A stretch of DNA of 62,613 nt, filler included, from Deltaproteobacteria bacterium (GTDB taxonomy: Bacteria > JAEEML01), in the NCBI GenBank assembly GCA_016283195.1. It is 6 parts of 6 records of this genome, joined end to end, with 100 filler letters (N's around TTAATTAATTAA, not from the genome) between each part and the next. Parts side by side here need not be neighbours in the genome. Positions count along the whole stretch, not along the records: positions 1 to 29,631 come from JAEEML010000168.1; 5 more parts are not named here. The stretch is one strand, 5' to 3'. Positions within the stretch are counted from its first letter, which is position 1; every line of letters begins with the position of its first letter. The translations under genes and the position numbers were made by a program. Shown in pieces: positions 18,301 to 27,339 of this stretch. The notes below the pieces were generated by a model, which made no database searches, was not told the origin of the DNA, and worked only from the letters and a program-made list of their open reading frames with translations.

Positions 18301-18416
18301 TCGCATTTAGTCGGCTGACTTTTATTTTTATCAGGAATTTCAAGCTCTTCGTCATGATGATTACAGGAAAGAACAAATAAAAAACCAAGCACCAGAAAGA
18401 AAGAACGCTTTTTCAC
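15330..18416 (-). CDS. Lipoprotein with EGF/laminin-like Cys repeats and six-hairpin glycoside hydrolase (amylo-alpha-1,6-glucosidase-like) domain
   Basis: Lipobox VLSC; C..C.NG.C..G..G.G.C.C repeats; WTRD..YA, QDTGSGGSWP.STDR, YHN..IWPF, NS.RQLWS; GTG start at 18416. Confidence 0.7.
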   Translation of the reverse strand: MKKRSFFLVLGFLFVLSCNHHDEELEIPDKNKSQPTKCEAGHYGQKCEPCKCVNGTCNDGLEGDGSCTCAAGYKGPTCAIECLGGHENPCNGNGTCQDDGTCACTNGAGGDCSGCSGNKTNYPACDKCIIGYFGENCTERCPGAGSSDGVCSGRGTCNESGRCECNSHFAGEACENCSAGWSGPACADASSDEPALPADFSDTIISWRGTVGTAALYGNTNSWRSFTFTTTADLRDNTPASKERTIYELIEGLRLISGHTYFDGLFALAMREASLDSVTQIDNYAFNNGQGVPCNCFNTGENWNYVWTRDTSYAMDLGLALVDPERSMNSLAFKLADKKQSVGGGGKQIVQDTGSGGSWPISTDRVVWILGAYETLKYLDGSARDSFYNDTYDAIKNTIEADREVVYDPVEKLYGGEQSYLDWRENTYQPWTAQDTVHIGMAKALSTNVAHYIILKVAAEMAGEKGDSTLASKYAGWAADLKTAIVERFYQADKGLFASMTGTYLDSGDAHSNYDSLGQSLAILWDVATPAQAAQAIASYPVVEAGPPVIWPQQPRTWIYHNRSIWPFVTAYHLRAALKARNSKVVDNAMISLIRGAAFNLSNMENFEFTNLKAWADDKRTDYQGNELSGPKVNSRRQLWSVAGYISAVLYGIFGLETTQNTVWFNPAITAYMRNVFLAGSSEIRLQYFKYHGKNIDITIKLPKRTEDVDGFFIMDKLTLNGALKRDPLSADDLQDNNEIIITMKAEVANAGATITLKSCTEDAECYAPQMPLLPADHAVYPIAPENGKLKVSFSTQTAMDVDQGNTFNIYRDGKLVATKVTSPWVDPDSADYAQKSYCYSVTAVNKYGNESHHAKPLCYWGDNFVRADSNKYDASKFSETPTASDHDRSHFGDWGRPNETLTVPNVKPTESGDYLLLLEYGSGRPIDTGITCAVKKVTVTENGGNEVASDVVFMPHLGSDNWDRWGESSFMPLTLDKNKTYTVTISDVFNMSYFDHFVSYTGGTGGGNEVYNRVNLSTVKLLLKTIK

Positions 18417-18679
18417 CTTGCACCTCATGGAAATTGCGCCTGCCAATCCAGACCTTTTTACTATAGGCTTAAGGTGCGCTTTTGGACAATCATTTTTTAG
18501 CAAATAGCTTGGAGCTTTTCAAACATTTATCCGGGAGAATTTTTACAAATTGTGACATTTATCACGCTTATCTTGCGCAATTTAAGCATTTTTTAACATT
18601 TTGCCCGTTGTGCTGAAGTGCCATAATCCGTATAAATTATTTTAATCTGCGTCACTTTAAAGTGGCGAAGGAGGTTTTT

Positions 18680-18883
18680 ATGAAAGAAGATATTTTACGC
18701 GCCGCTTTTTTAAGAGTCAGCTTGGAGCTTAAACGAGCCGAGGCCGCCAGCATTGAAGATGTAGTGGCCACTGTGGCCGGCAAAATGGATATAGACCAAA
18801 ACAAACTCTATCAGGCCATTGCCAAAAGATTACCGCAGCTGATAGCTATTTCTACTCCGCAATACGTTAAGAACCGGGTATAA
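18680..18883 (+). CDS. Small hypothetical protein
   Basis: AAGGAGG SD before ATG 18680. Confidence 0.6.
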   Translation: MKEDILRAAFLRVSLELKRAEAASIEDVVATVAGKMDIDQNKLYQAIAKRLPQLIAISTPQYVKNRV

Positions 18884-18913
18884 GTTTTTTTTGTTTCTTA
18901 ACTTAAGTCTTAA

Positions 18914-20332
18914 TTATTCTTCGCTAAATTCGCTGACGAGGGCGCTAACGGTGGCTTTGGCATCGCCATAAAGCATAAGGGTGTTGTCGTTGGTAAAGAG
19001 CGGATTTTCTACTCCGGAGAAGCCGGTGCCTTTGCCGCGCTTTAAGACAAAGACCGTCTTGGCTTCAAAAGCGTTGACAATGGGCATACCGTAAAGCGGG
19101 CTGGATTCATCGTTCATAGCATCGGGATTGACAACATCATTGGCGCCGATGACTATAGCCACATCGGTATTAGACATTTGCGGATTAAGCTCATCGGAAG
19201 TTTTTAGCTGCTCATAGGGCACATTGGCTTCGGCTAAAAGCACATTCATGTGACCCGGCATACGGCCGGCCACAGGGTGAATAGCAAAATTAACTTCGGC
19301 GCCGTTAGCTTCCAATTTATCACACAGCTCTTTTACAGCGTGCTGAGCCTGAGCCACTGCCATACCGTAACCGGGTACAATAACAACATTTTTAGCCGCT
19401 TCCAAAATAAGATAGGCATCTTCAATAGAAACAGCTTTGGGCTCTTTGGCCACCCCGCCGCTCTTTTTGTGGCCGGCCGAGAGGCTCTTAAAGAGCAGAT
19501 GGAAGAGCGTGCGGTTCATGGCTTTACACATGATGAGGGTCAAAATGAGGCCGGAGGCGCCAACCAAACAGCCGGAAACCACCAGCACGGTATTGTTGAT
19601 GGCAAAGCCGGCAAAAGCAGCAGCAAGGCCGGAAAGAGCATTTAAGAAGGAAATGATAACCGGCATATCACCGCCGCCGATGCCGATGACCATGGTAATA
19701 CCGAGAATGAGGAAAATAGCGGTAGCCGCGATTATGCCATAAAGGGCCAAATCGGCTTCACAATTGATATCGCCACTCACAGTATAAAGAGCAATGCCGG
19801 CTAGGCCGATAAGACAAAAGAGGCCATTCACCGCATTTTTGCCGGGAATGGCAATATTCTTTCTAAAAATGCCCGAGAGCTTGCCCCAGGCCACAATAGA
19901 ACCGGTAAAGGCAATAGCACCAATAGCAATGGTGAGCCCCAAAGAAGCCGATGTAAAATAGTCGCCCTTGGGGTGGATAATATATTGGGCAAGAGCCACC
20001 AAAAGTGAGGAGAGGCCGCCAAAGCCGTTGAAAAGAGCCACCAGCTCCGGCATGCCGGTCATCTGCACCTTTTTGGCCCAAATAGTGCCAATCAGCGTAC
20101 CCAACACCAGTGCTACGGCAATATAAAGATAGCCGTTGGCCAAAATATTGGTAGTATTCCAAGAGCCCACCACCTCTTTTTCGGTGAGCACAGTTATAAC
20201 CGCGAGCAGCATACCAATAGATGAATAAAGATTACCCTTGCGGGCGGTATCGGTCTTGCCGAGTAATTTAATGCCCCGTATAAAGAATATACAGGCCACC
20301 ATATAAAGTATTGTAATCACTGTAGTATTCAT
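18914..20332 (-). CDS. pntB: NAD(P) transhydrogenase beta subunit
   Basis: MPELVA.FNGFGG, GG.DMPVIIS.LN, PGYGMAVAQAQ, HPVAGRMPGHMNVLLAE. Confidence 0.98.
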   Translation of the reverse strand: MNTTVITILYMVACIFFIRGIKLLGKTDTARKGNLYSSIGMLLAVITVLTEKEVVGSWNTTNILANGYLYIAVALVLGTLIGTIWAKKVQMTGMPELVALFNGFGGLSSLLVALAQYIIHPKGDYFTSASLGLTIAIGAIAFTGSIVAWGKLSGIFRKNIAIPGKNAVNGLFCLIGLAGIALYTVSGDINCEADLALYGIIAATAIFLILGITMVIGIGGGDMPVIISFLNALSGLAAAFAGFAINNTVLVVSGCLVGASGLILTLIMCKAMNRTLFHLLFKSLSAGHKKSGGVAKEPKAVSIEDAYLILEAAKNVVIVPGYGMAVAQAQHAVKELCDKLEANGAEVNFAIHPVAGRMPGHMNVLLAEANVPYEQLKTSDELNPQMSNTDVAIVIGANDVVNPDAMNDESSPLYGMPIVNAFEAKTVFVLKRGKGTGFSGVENPLFTNDNTLMLYGDAKATVSALVSEFSEE

Positions 20333-20622
20333 TATTTATCACCTTTTTTCTTAAACATGCTGAGCATTCTGTCGGTAACCAAATAGCCGCCCACCACATT
20401 GATAGTGGCAAAGAGAATAGCCAAAAAGCCCAAAACCTTGCCGGCAGTACCGCCAACACCCACTGCCACAGCCGTCACACTAATGGCACCAACCACGGTG
20501 ATGCCGGAGATGGCGTTGGTGCCGGACATCAGCGGTGTATGCAGCTGCGAAGGCACTTTGGAAATGAGCTCGATACCCAAAAAAGCCGCGATAATAAAGA
20601 CAAAAATAAGCATTATATCCAT
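20332..20622 (-). CDS. pntA: NAD(P) transhydrogenase alpha subunit, membrane part
   Basis: LHTPLMSGTNAISG, NVVGGYLVTDRML. Confidence 0.96.
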   Translation of the reverse strand: MDIMLIFVFIIAAFLGIELISKVPSQLHTPLMSGTNAISGITVVGAISVTAVAVGVGGTAGKVLGFLAILFATINVVGGYLVTDRMLSMFKKKGDK

Positions 20623-20647
20623 CTTATTTACTCCTATAAGTTAAGGC

Positions 20648-21778
20648 TTAGCCTTTAAAGCGCTCGTGGATAATAGCGCCGTCTTTGGTCAAAAGGCAGC
20701 CCTTCATAATTTCGTCATCGAGATTCACTTTAAACTCTTTGGCTTCTTTGTCATAAAAACCGGCATGGGTGAGAAAAGCGGTGATATTGCCGGAAAGCAT
20801 TTTGGAAGCATCATAAGGCACCTGGCGCTCCAAAAGGTCGCCGCTCATAATGGTAACGCCGTTTTCGGTCACCACATCTTCGCCTAATTTGGAACCTTCG
20901 ACATTGCCGCCGGTGGAAACAGCCATATCCACCACAATTGAGCCCGGCTGCATGCGGTCGAGCACATTTTTCTCAATAAGGCGGGGCGCCTTGCGGCCAA
21001 AAACCTTAGCTGTGGTGATAACAATATTGGCTTTTTCGCAAACTTTGGCCTGGGCCTCTTTTTGTTTGGCAATTTGCTCAGGAGTGAGCTCTTTAGCATA
21101 ACCCTGCGCTGTTTGCCCCATCTCGCCGAGGTCGATTTTCACAAAACTGGCGCCAAGGGATTTTACCTGCTCTTCCACCACTGGGCGGGTATCAAAAGCG
21201 TCAACACGGGCGCCAAGGCGCTTGGCCGTAGCAATAGCCTGGAGACCGGCCACACCAACACCGATGATAAAAACGCGTGCCGGGTTAATGGTACCGGCCG
21301 GAGTCACCATCATGGGCAGGATTTTGGGCAGTTTGGCCGCCGCATTCACCACCGCCACATAGCCGGCAAGAGATGTTTGCGAGGATTGCACGTCCATTTT
21401 CTGGGCCAGAGTTGTCCGCGGAATCATCTCCAAAGAGACAGCCATAAGTTCCTGAGAGGCAAATTTGTTCAAAAGCTCTTTTTCGTTAAAGGGGTCGAGG
21501 TAGCTGATATGCAAAGTATCTTTTTTAATACCGTCGATTTTAGTGGGCTTTAAGATGCGCACAATAATATCGCTATCGGCATAGCCGTCTTCTTCTTTGG
21601 CTATAACAGTAGCTCCGGCCTCTTTATAGGCTTCGTCGCTAAAACCGCTCTTAATACCGGCACCACTCACTACTTTAAACTCAAAGCCCATAGGAATAAG
21701 GTGCTTAATGTCGGCAGGAATCAGCGCCACTCTGGTCTCGAGGGCCTCCTGCTCCTTGCAAACCAATATCTTCTTCAT
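20648..21778 (-). CDS. pntA: NAD(P) transhydrogenase alpha subunit, NAD-binding part
   Basis: ETRVAL, PRTTLAQKMD..SSQ, GVGVAGLQA, GGNVEGS. Confidence 0.96.
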   Translation of the reverse strand: MKKILVCKEQEALETRVALIPADIKHLIPMGFEFKVVSGAGIKSGFSDEAYKEAGATVIAKEEDGYADSDIIVRILKPTKIDGIKKDTLHISYLDPFNEKELLNKFASQELMAVSLEMIPRTTLAQKMDVQSSQTSLAGYVAVVNAAAKLPKILPMMVTPAGTINPARVFIIGVGVAGLQAIATAKRLGARVDAFDTRPVVEEQVKSLGASFVKIDLGEMGQTAQGYAKELTPEQIAKQKEAQAKVCEKANIVITTAKVFGRKAPRLIEKNVLDRMQPGSIVVDMAVSTGGNVEGSKLGEDVVTENGVTIMSGDLLERQVPYDASKMLSGNITAFLTHAGFYDKEAKEFKVNLDDEIMKGCLLTKDGAIIHERFKG

Positions 21779-22041
21779 TCAAAAACTCCTTAAATTACCA
21801 TGCTATAGGGATTTTCCGTGCCGGGAAACGGTGGATAAGGTTCCCCTTGCGGCAAATGCTACGCGCCCCCTCTATAACACAAAATAAGAATTGGGGTACG
21901 GGGGAAGTGATAAAATTTTAAAAAAATTTACCCAGCGGTAAAAAAAGTTTGCCAAAGCCAAGAATTCAGCCCCCAAAGATAACATTTAGCTGTTGCCCTT
22001 TTAATTAAGCTTTATTATGAAGTAATGTCAGGAGTGGCCCG

Positions 22042-24150
22042 ATGAGCATCATCAGCACAAAACAGAATTCAAGTAATTTCCGCGAGTTTTCCTTAATATC
22101 TGGTGATAAGGGGCGTCTGGGCTATATTGGCCCCTATCAGCTATTAAATCGCCTGGGCAATGGGGGCATGGCCGTTGTTTACAAAGCCTGCTCCATTCAC
22201 CCGGAACGCGATGATGAGCTGGTGGCTATCAAAATTTTAAACGAAAAGGCGGCCTCCGACCCGGCCAAAGCCGAGTATTTTCGCGATGAGGCCTATCTTT
22301 TGAGCACTCTCGGCCACCCTAACCTGGTGCGCACTTTAGAAGCCGGCATTCATCAGGGGCAGTATTATCTTGTCATGCAATATGTCGATGGCTGCGACCT
22401 GGGCACGCTTTTGGATAACCTCGATAATCGCAATATGTTGCTGCCGGTGCCAATCGGTATTTACATTATTCACAGCCTGCTTTCTGCTCTAAAATATATC
22501 CATCAGGCGCATGCCACCGATGGCAAACCGCTGGGCCTGGTGCACCGCGATATTTGCCCTTCCAATGTGCTCCTCTCCACCAGCGGCCAGGTGCTTTTGA
22601 GCGATTTTGGCATAGCCACACACATTTTGCCGCGCCACTTGCACCGTGAGCTCAATGCCGGCCACCTGGGTTACCTGGCGCCGGAACAAATAAATGCCAA
22701 ACCGGTTGATAGGCGCACCGATCTTTTTGCTGTCGGCGTGCTTTTGTACGAAATCATCACCAATGTGCAGCCCTTCTTCCGCCCCAAAAAAGAGGATTCC
22801 TACTGGGCGACGCTGGAGTTCAAGCCCTTGCCGGCCCCAAATATCAGTGCGGAATTAAAAGAAAAATTGCTGCCACTTTTTAAAAAAGCCTGTAATCCCA
22901 ATCCTGATAAGCGTTTTCAAACCGCCGAACAATTTCAAGAAGCCCTGGAAGATTCTTTTCAGCTTACTCCAAGCTGCGGCGCCTTAACTTCGCTGATGAA
23001 CTCGCTCTATCCGGCACGCAGCCACAGTTTTTCCAACCTGCTCAATGATAACAGCGAGCCCAAAGAAGATTCCGGGGATATTGTGCAGCTCTGTCTTTTG
23101 GACCAAAGTGATGCCGAAGGCCCGGAGCGCCTTTTAAACCGCGCCGGTTACCACACTTTGAGGCTACCTAAGGGCCAGCTGCCCGATCCTAATACACCGC
23201 TGATGATTTCGGCGGCCGATATTTCAAGCGCGGATATTTTGCCCATAGTCAACAATCATCATGCCCCGCTGGTTATTCTTTTGGGGAATTTCAGTGAGCA
23301 ATCGCTGGCTGTTGCCACCGAACTCGGCAATCAGTGCTCTCTTTTTGCTCCATATAACATAGAGCGCATCTCACTTTTGCTCCACCCCACCACCACTTTG
23401 AAATCGCGCTTTAATACCCTGGAATTAAACCCGCACATGAGCCTCTTTCAGCAAATTAAGCTATTAAACCGCCGTGTGCTTTTGATTGGCTGGCCGGCTG
23501 TGGATGCCGCTATATGCTGCATGGTGCTGGAAAAATGGCGTATTTCCTGCCATGCTGTTGCCACTGTGGACGAGGCCCTCAATCTGGCCAAACATTCTAC
23601 TTATAACTTGGTGCTTCTAAGCCCCAAGTTGGCACCGGAAGCCATATCGATTATTTCTGAGCTAAGGGAGCAAACCGGCTATTCACTCTTGCCTGTCCTC
23701 CTGCCGGGAGCCGATAAGCCGGCCCTTTTAAATAGAGAACAAGATGCCATTTTCTGTGCGGAAAAAGACGCTTCAATGGAAGTGCTTTCGCAGCGCATCT
23801 TGATGATTTTGTTAAATAATAATATAAGAGCCTTTCTGCGCTATCGCGTTAGTTTACCAACAACATACAGCTATCTGGGCGTAGCACAGGAAGGGTCTTT
23901 GGTTAATATCGGCCGCCTCGGCGGGCTGCTTTTAAGCAAACAAATTGTGCCTATCGGCGCCGCACTGCATCTTAAAATTACTATTAACGAGGCCGAAGGA
24001 AAATACATTGATATAGATAAAGCCCAGGTTGTGCATATTGCTCTCGAGGAAGATCGCCTGGGCGGCAATGTGCTCATCGGCCTAAGTTTTGGCGGCATGT
24101 CGGAAGCTAACGAGCTGGATTGGCTGCATTTCATCTATCAGCAGGAGTAA
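22042..24150 (+). CDS. Ser/Thr protein kinase with receiver-like region and C-terminal PilZ domain
   Basis: GNGGMA.V, VAIK, HRDICPSN, DFG, APE; C-terminal RAFLR (RxxxR) and NIG.LG. Confidence 0.85.
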   Translation: MSIISTKQNSSNFREFSLISGDKGRLGYIGPYQLLNRLGNGGMAVVYKACSIHPERDDELVAIKILNEKAASDPAKAEYFRDEAYLLSTLGHPNLVRTLEAGIHQGQYYLVMQYVDGCDLGTLLDNLDNRNMLLPVPIGIYIIHSLLSALKYIHQAHATDGKPLGLVHRDICPSNVLLSTSGQVLLSDFGIATHILPRHLHRELNAGHLGYLAPEQINAKPVDRRTDLFAVGVLLYEIITNVQPFFRPKKEDSYWATLEFKPLPAPNISAELKEKLLPLFKKACNPNPDKRFQTAEQFQEALEDSFQLTPSCGALTSLMNSLYPARSHSFSNLLNDNSEPKEDSGDIVQLCLLDQSDAEGPERLLNRAGYHTLRLPKGQLPDPNTPLMISAADISSADILPIVNNHHAPLVILLGNFSEQSLAVATELGNQCSLFAPYNIERISLLLHPTTTLKSRFNTLELNPHMSLFQQIKLLNRRVLLIGWPAVDAAICCMVLEKWRISCHAVATVDEALNLAKHSTYNLVLLSPKLAPEAISIISELREQTGYSLLPVLLPGADKPALLNREQDAIFCAEKDASMEVLSQRILMILLNNNIRAFLRYRVSLPTTYSYLGVAQEGSLVNIGRLGGLLLSKQIVPIGAALHLKITINEAEGKYIDIDKAQVVHIALEEDRLGGNVLIGLSFGGMSEANELDWLHFIYQQE

Positions 24151-24172
24151 CGTTCCATTTGAGGAGCCAGTA

Positions 24173-25459
24173 GTGATTAAGCCTATAATATTTGGAAAAT
24201 ATTATCTTTTGGAACCCATTAACAAAGGCGGTATGGCCGAAGTTTTCAAAGCCAAGGAATTTGGTGTGGAGGGCTTTTCGCGCCTCTTGGCCATCAAGCG
24301 CATTTTGCCCGATGTCTCCAGCGACGATGCCTTTGTCACCATGTTCATCGACGAAGCGCGGCTGACAGTACAGCTCCAACATGTTAATATTACACAAGTT
24401 TATGAGCTGGGAAAGTTTGAAGACAGCTATTACATTGCCATGGAGTACATCCCCGGCAAAGATTTGCGCCACATTTTGGATCTTTATATCGCGCGCCATG
24501 AGCTCATGCCCATCCCGGAGGCCGCCTTTATCACCACCGGCATTTGCGAGGGCCTCGATTATGCACACCGCAAATGCGATGCCCAGGGCAAATCATTTAA
24601 TATTGTTCACCGCGATGTGAGCCCGCAAAATGTGCTCATCAATTACGATGGCTGGGTAAAGGTTATTGATTTTGGTATCGCCAAAGCAGAGCACCGCGAA
24701 ACAAAAACACAAGTTGGCGTACTTAAAGGTAAATTTGCTTATATGTCTCCGGAGCAAATCAGCGGCAAGCCCATAGATCACCGCAGCGATATCTTTGCTA
24801 TCGGTATCATGCTTTATGAAATGGTCACCGGCAAAAGGCTCTTCATCGGCGATAACGATATGGAGACTTTGCGCAATATTATTAAAGCCAAAGTGCCAAA
24901 TCCCAAAAAATATAATCCCCTCATCAGCGACGAACTGGAAGCCATCATCAGAAAGGCCCTGGCCAAAGAACCAGACGAGCGCTATCAGTGGGCCAGCGAT
25001 CTCGCTGAGGATTTACAGCCTTTTTTGATTCACAACAATACCATTTTCGGCCGCAAACAATTAAGCCGCGTTTTGCATGAATTCTATGCCGACGACATTG
25101 CCGTCGAACAAGCAAAAATGAAGGAATTCGCCGAAGTTAAGCCGCCGCAGGAAAGCGCTAACGAGATGATCGCCAACGCTAATCCCAATAAAACCTGCGT
25201 CATCAGCGCGGCTGAATACAGTGCCTATTTGGAACATGCCAAAGCCCAGGAAAGCGGCCAGCAAGCCACAGTAGCCGCGAGACCCCACCGTGAAGAAACT
25301 CCGCCGCCCCCGCCTTCTGCCGCTTTCGGTGATGCCGGTCAGCCACCGGCCCAACCAGGAAAACGGCAACCTTCGGCCTTCCAGGAGTCGGATATTTTAA
25401 AGAATAACCTTTTGCGCGACGGCTTGCCGGAGCTTTTTATCGGGCGCAATCATCCTTAG
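24173..25459 (+). CDS. Ser/Thr protein kinase (Hanks type)
   Basis: FGKY.L, GGMAEVFKA, HRDVSPQN, DFGIAK, GKFAYMSPEQ; GTG start after GAGGAG. Confidence 0.92.
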   Translation: MIKPIIFGKYYLLEPINKGGMAEVFKAKEFGVEGFSRLLAIKRILPDVSSDDAFVTMFIDEARLTVQLQHVNITQVYELGKFEDSYYIAMEYIPGKDLRHILDLYIARHELMPIPEAAFITTGICEGLDYAHRKCDAQGKSFNIVHRDVSPQNVLINYDGWVKVIDFGIAKAEHRETKTQVGVLKGKFAYMSPEQISGKPIDHRSDIFAIGIMLYEMVTGKRLFIGDNDMETLRNIIKAKVPNPKKYNPLISDELEAIIRKALAKEPDERYQWASDLAEDLQPFLIHNNTIFGRKQLSRVLHEFYADDIAVEQAKMKEFAEVKPPQESANEMIANANPNKTCVISAAEYSAYLEHAKAQESGQQATVAARPHREETPPPPPSAAFGDAGQPPAQPGKRQPSAFQESDILKNNLLRDGLPELFIGRNHP

Positions 25460-25540
25460 AATTTGTTTTTACCTAACCTTATTTTGTTTCTATAGGCCGG
25501 CATATTAGCAACTGTCGCCGCCGTAGAAAGTAGGCTTTAA

Positions 25541-26602
25541 GTGAGCAATAAAGATAAAGAAATTAATGAGTTGACTAAATTAAGAGGAGAACTTTCGGCC
25601 ACCAACCTTGAGCTCTTGGCCCTTCTTAATAAAAGAGCCGGCCTCGTACAAAAGGTGCAAGAGCTCAAAAGCGCGAAGGGACTACCGACTTTTGTGCCGG
25701 AGCGCGAAGAGGCCATGTATAGCGACCTAATCGCCGCCAATCGCGGCCCCTTCTCCGATGCCACAATTAAGCGGCTCTTTAAACATATTTTTCGAGCCTC
25801 ACTGGATCTCATGGAGAAGAATAAAGAGCGCCAACTCATTGTTTGTCAAAAAGAAGCCGCTGAAACTGCTGCCCTGCCCCAAGGGCCGATTCTTATTGCC
25901 GGCCCCTGCGCTGTAGAAAGCCGTGAGCAAGCGGAAGCAGTAGCGGCTTTTTTGGCTAAAAGCGGCGTAAAATTCATAAGAGGCGGCGCATTTAAGCCCA
26001 GGAGCTCTCCTTATAGCTTTCAGGGGCTTGGCCTCCCTGGGCTCCAAATACTTAAAGAAGCAGCAAAGAGCTACGGCCTCAAAGTGGTGAGCGAAATAAT
26101 GGATCCCAGGCAAATTGCTGCGGCCGCTCCCCTCATCGATATTATTCAGGTGGGGGCCAGAAATATGTATAATTATGATTTATTAAAAGAACTTGGGAAG
26201 TTAAAAAAGCCGGTTATCTTAAAGCGCGGCCTCTCGGCCACCATAGAGGAGTGGCTCTATGCCGCCGAATACATAGCCAAAGAGGGCAACAGGGCTATCA
26301 TTCTCTGCGAACGGGGTATTCGCACTTTTGAGCAGGCCACGAGAAACACACTGGATATTTCGGCTATACCTTTGCTGAAAGAGCAAACAAAATTGCCGGT
26401 TTTAGCTGATCTTTCGCACGCCGCCGGCCGCAAAGACCTTTTAATTCCCTTGGGGAAAGCGGCTCTGGCCGCCGGAGCGGACGGCCTCATGGTGGAGGTG
26501 CACCCAAGCCCGGAATCAGCCCTTTCCGATGCCGGGCAACAACTCGATTTTGCGGAATTTACCGCTTGGCAAAAGGCCGTTTGGCCACAACAAGGAGTTT
26601 AA
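25541..26602 (+). CDS. Bifunctional chorismate mutase/DAHP synthase (class I-beta)
   Basis: N-terminal AroQ-like domain; IAGPCAVES, RGGAFKPRSSPYSFQG, LKRG, CERGIR. Confidence 0.93.
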   Translation: MSNKDKEINELTKLRGELSATNLELLALLNKRAGLVQKVQELKSAKGLPTFVPEREEAMYSDLIAANRGPFSDATIKRLFKHIFRASLDLMEKNKERQLIVCQKEAAETAALPQGPILIAGPCAVESREQAEAVAAFLAKSGVKFIRGGAFKPRSSPYSFQGLGLPGLQILKEAAKSYGLKVVSEIMDPRQIAAAAPLIDIIQVGARNMYNYDLLKELGKLKKPVILKRGLSATIEEWLYAAEYIAKEGNRAIILCERGIRTFEQATRNTLDISAIPLLKEQTKLPVLADLSHAAGRKDLLIPLGKAALAAGADGLMVEVHPSPESALSDAGQQLDFAEFTAWQKAVWPQQGV

Positions 26603-26604
26603 AC

Positions 26605-27219
26605 ATGATAGCCTTATTAGAGGGAAAACTGGCTTATAAAAGTGTGGGCAAAGTTATTATTTCGGCCGGCGGCGTGGGTTTTGAAGTGCTCTGCACCACT
26701 CAGGCCTTGCAAATAGCCGGCGATATCGGCTCAAATGTTATTTTTCATATAGATACAGAGGTGCGCGAGGACGCCATTACTTTATACGGCTTTGCCACAG
26801 CGGAAGAGCGCGATTTATTTAGAAAACTTATTGCCGTACATGGCATTGGCGCGGCAACAGGCCTCGCCATTCTCTCTACCTATACTCCGGGCGAAGTGGT
26901 GCGAGCCATTTTGGCCGGCGATACCAAAACCATAGCCAAAGTGCCGGGAATCGGCCCCAAAACGGCGCAGCGCCTCTGTCTGGAATTAAAAGACCGCCTG
27001 GGTAACCTCTCCCTGCCGCCGGAAGCAGTAGCCAGCGCACCGGTGGCACTTAATACCGCTCCGGGCTCACTCTTTGAAGATGTGGCTGCCGGTCTCATTA
27101 ATCTGGGCTATAAACAAGGCGAAGTAGCTAAAGTTGTTAGTAAATTGCAAAAAGAAAACGCCGAAGAAACTGATTTACCCAAGCTCTTTAAGCTGGCTCT
27201 CCGTCAGCTCACCCGCTAA
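26605..27219 (+). CDS. ruvA: Holliday junction branch migration protein RuvA
   Basis: GGVG.E, VREDA.TLYGF, VPGIGPKTA.R..LELKD. Confidence 0.96.
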   Translation: MIALLEGKLAYKSVGKVIISAGGVGFEVLCTTQALQIAGDIGSNVIFHIDTEVREDAITLYGFATAEERDLFRKLIAVHGIGAATGLAILSTYTPGEVVRAILAGDTKTIAKVPGIGPKTAQRLCLELKDRLGNLSLPPEAVASAPVALNTAPGSLFEDVAAGLINLGYKQGEVAKVVSKLQKENAEETDLPKLFKLALRQLTR

Positions 27220-27339
27220 AATTTCTCATATATGTCTAAAAGTCATAGAAAATACGCAAAAAAAAGTGACACGAACTAATAAATTTGCTACTATGCGCTG
27301 GCAAAGTGGGGTATAAACCCTTATTTTTAAGGAGCTTAC

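Noticed and set aside
17640-18380. 246-aa plus-strand ORF and the many other short antisense ORFs in the track
   Set aside because: Shadows of well-supported genes on the other strand or frame, with no recognisable motifs
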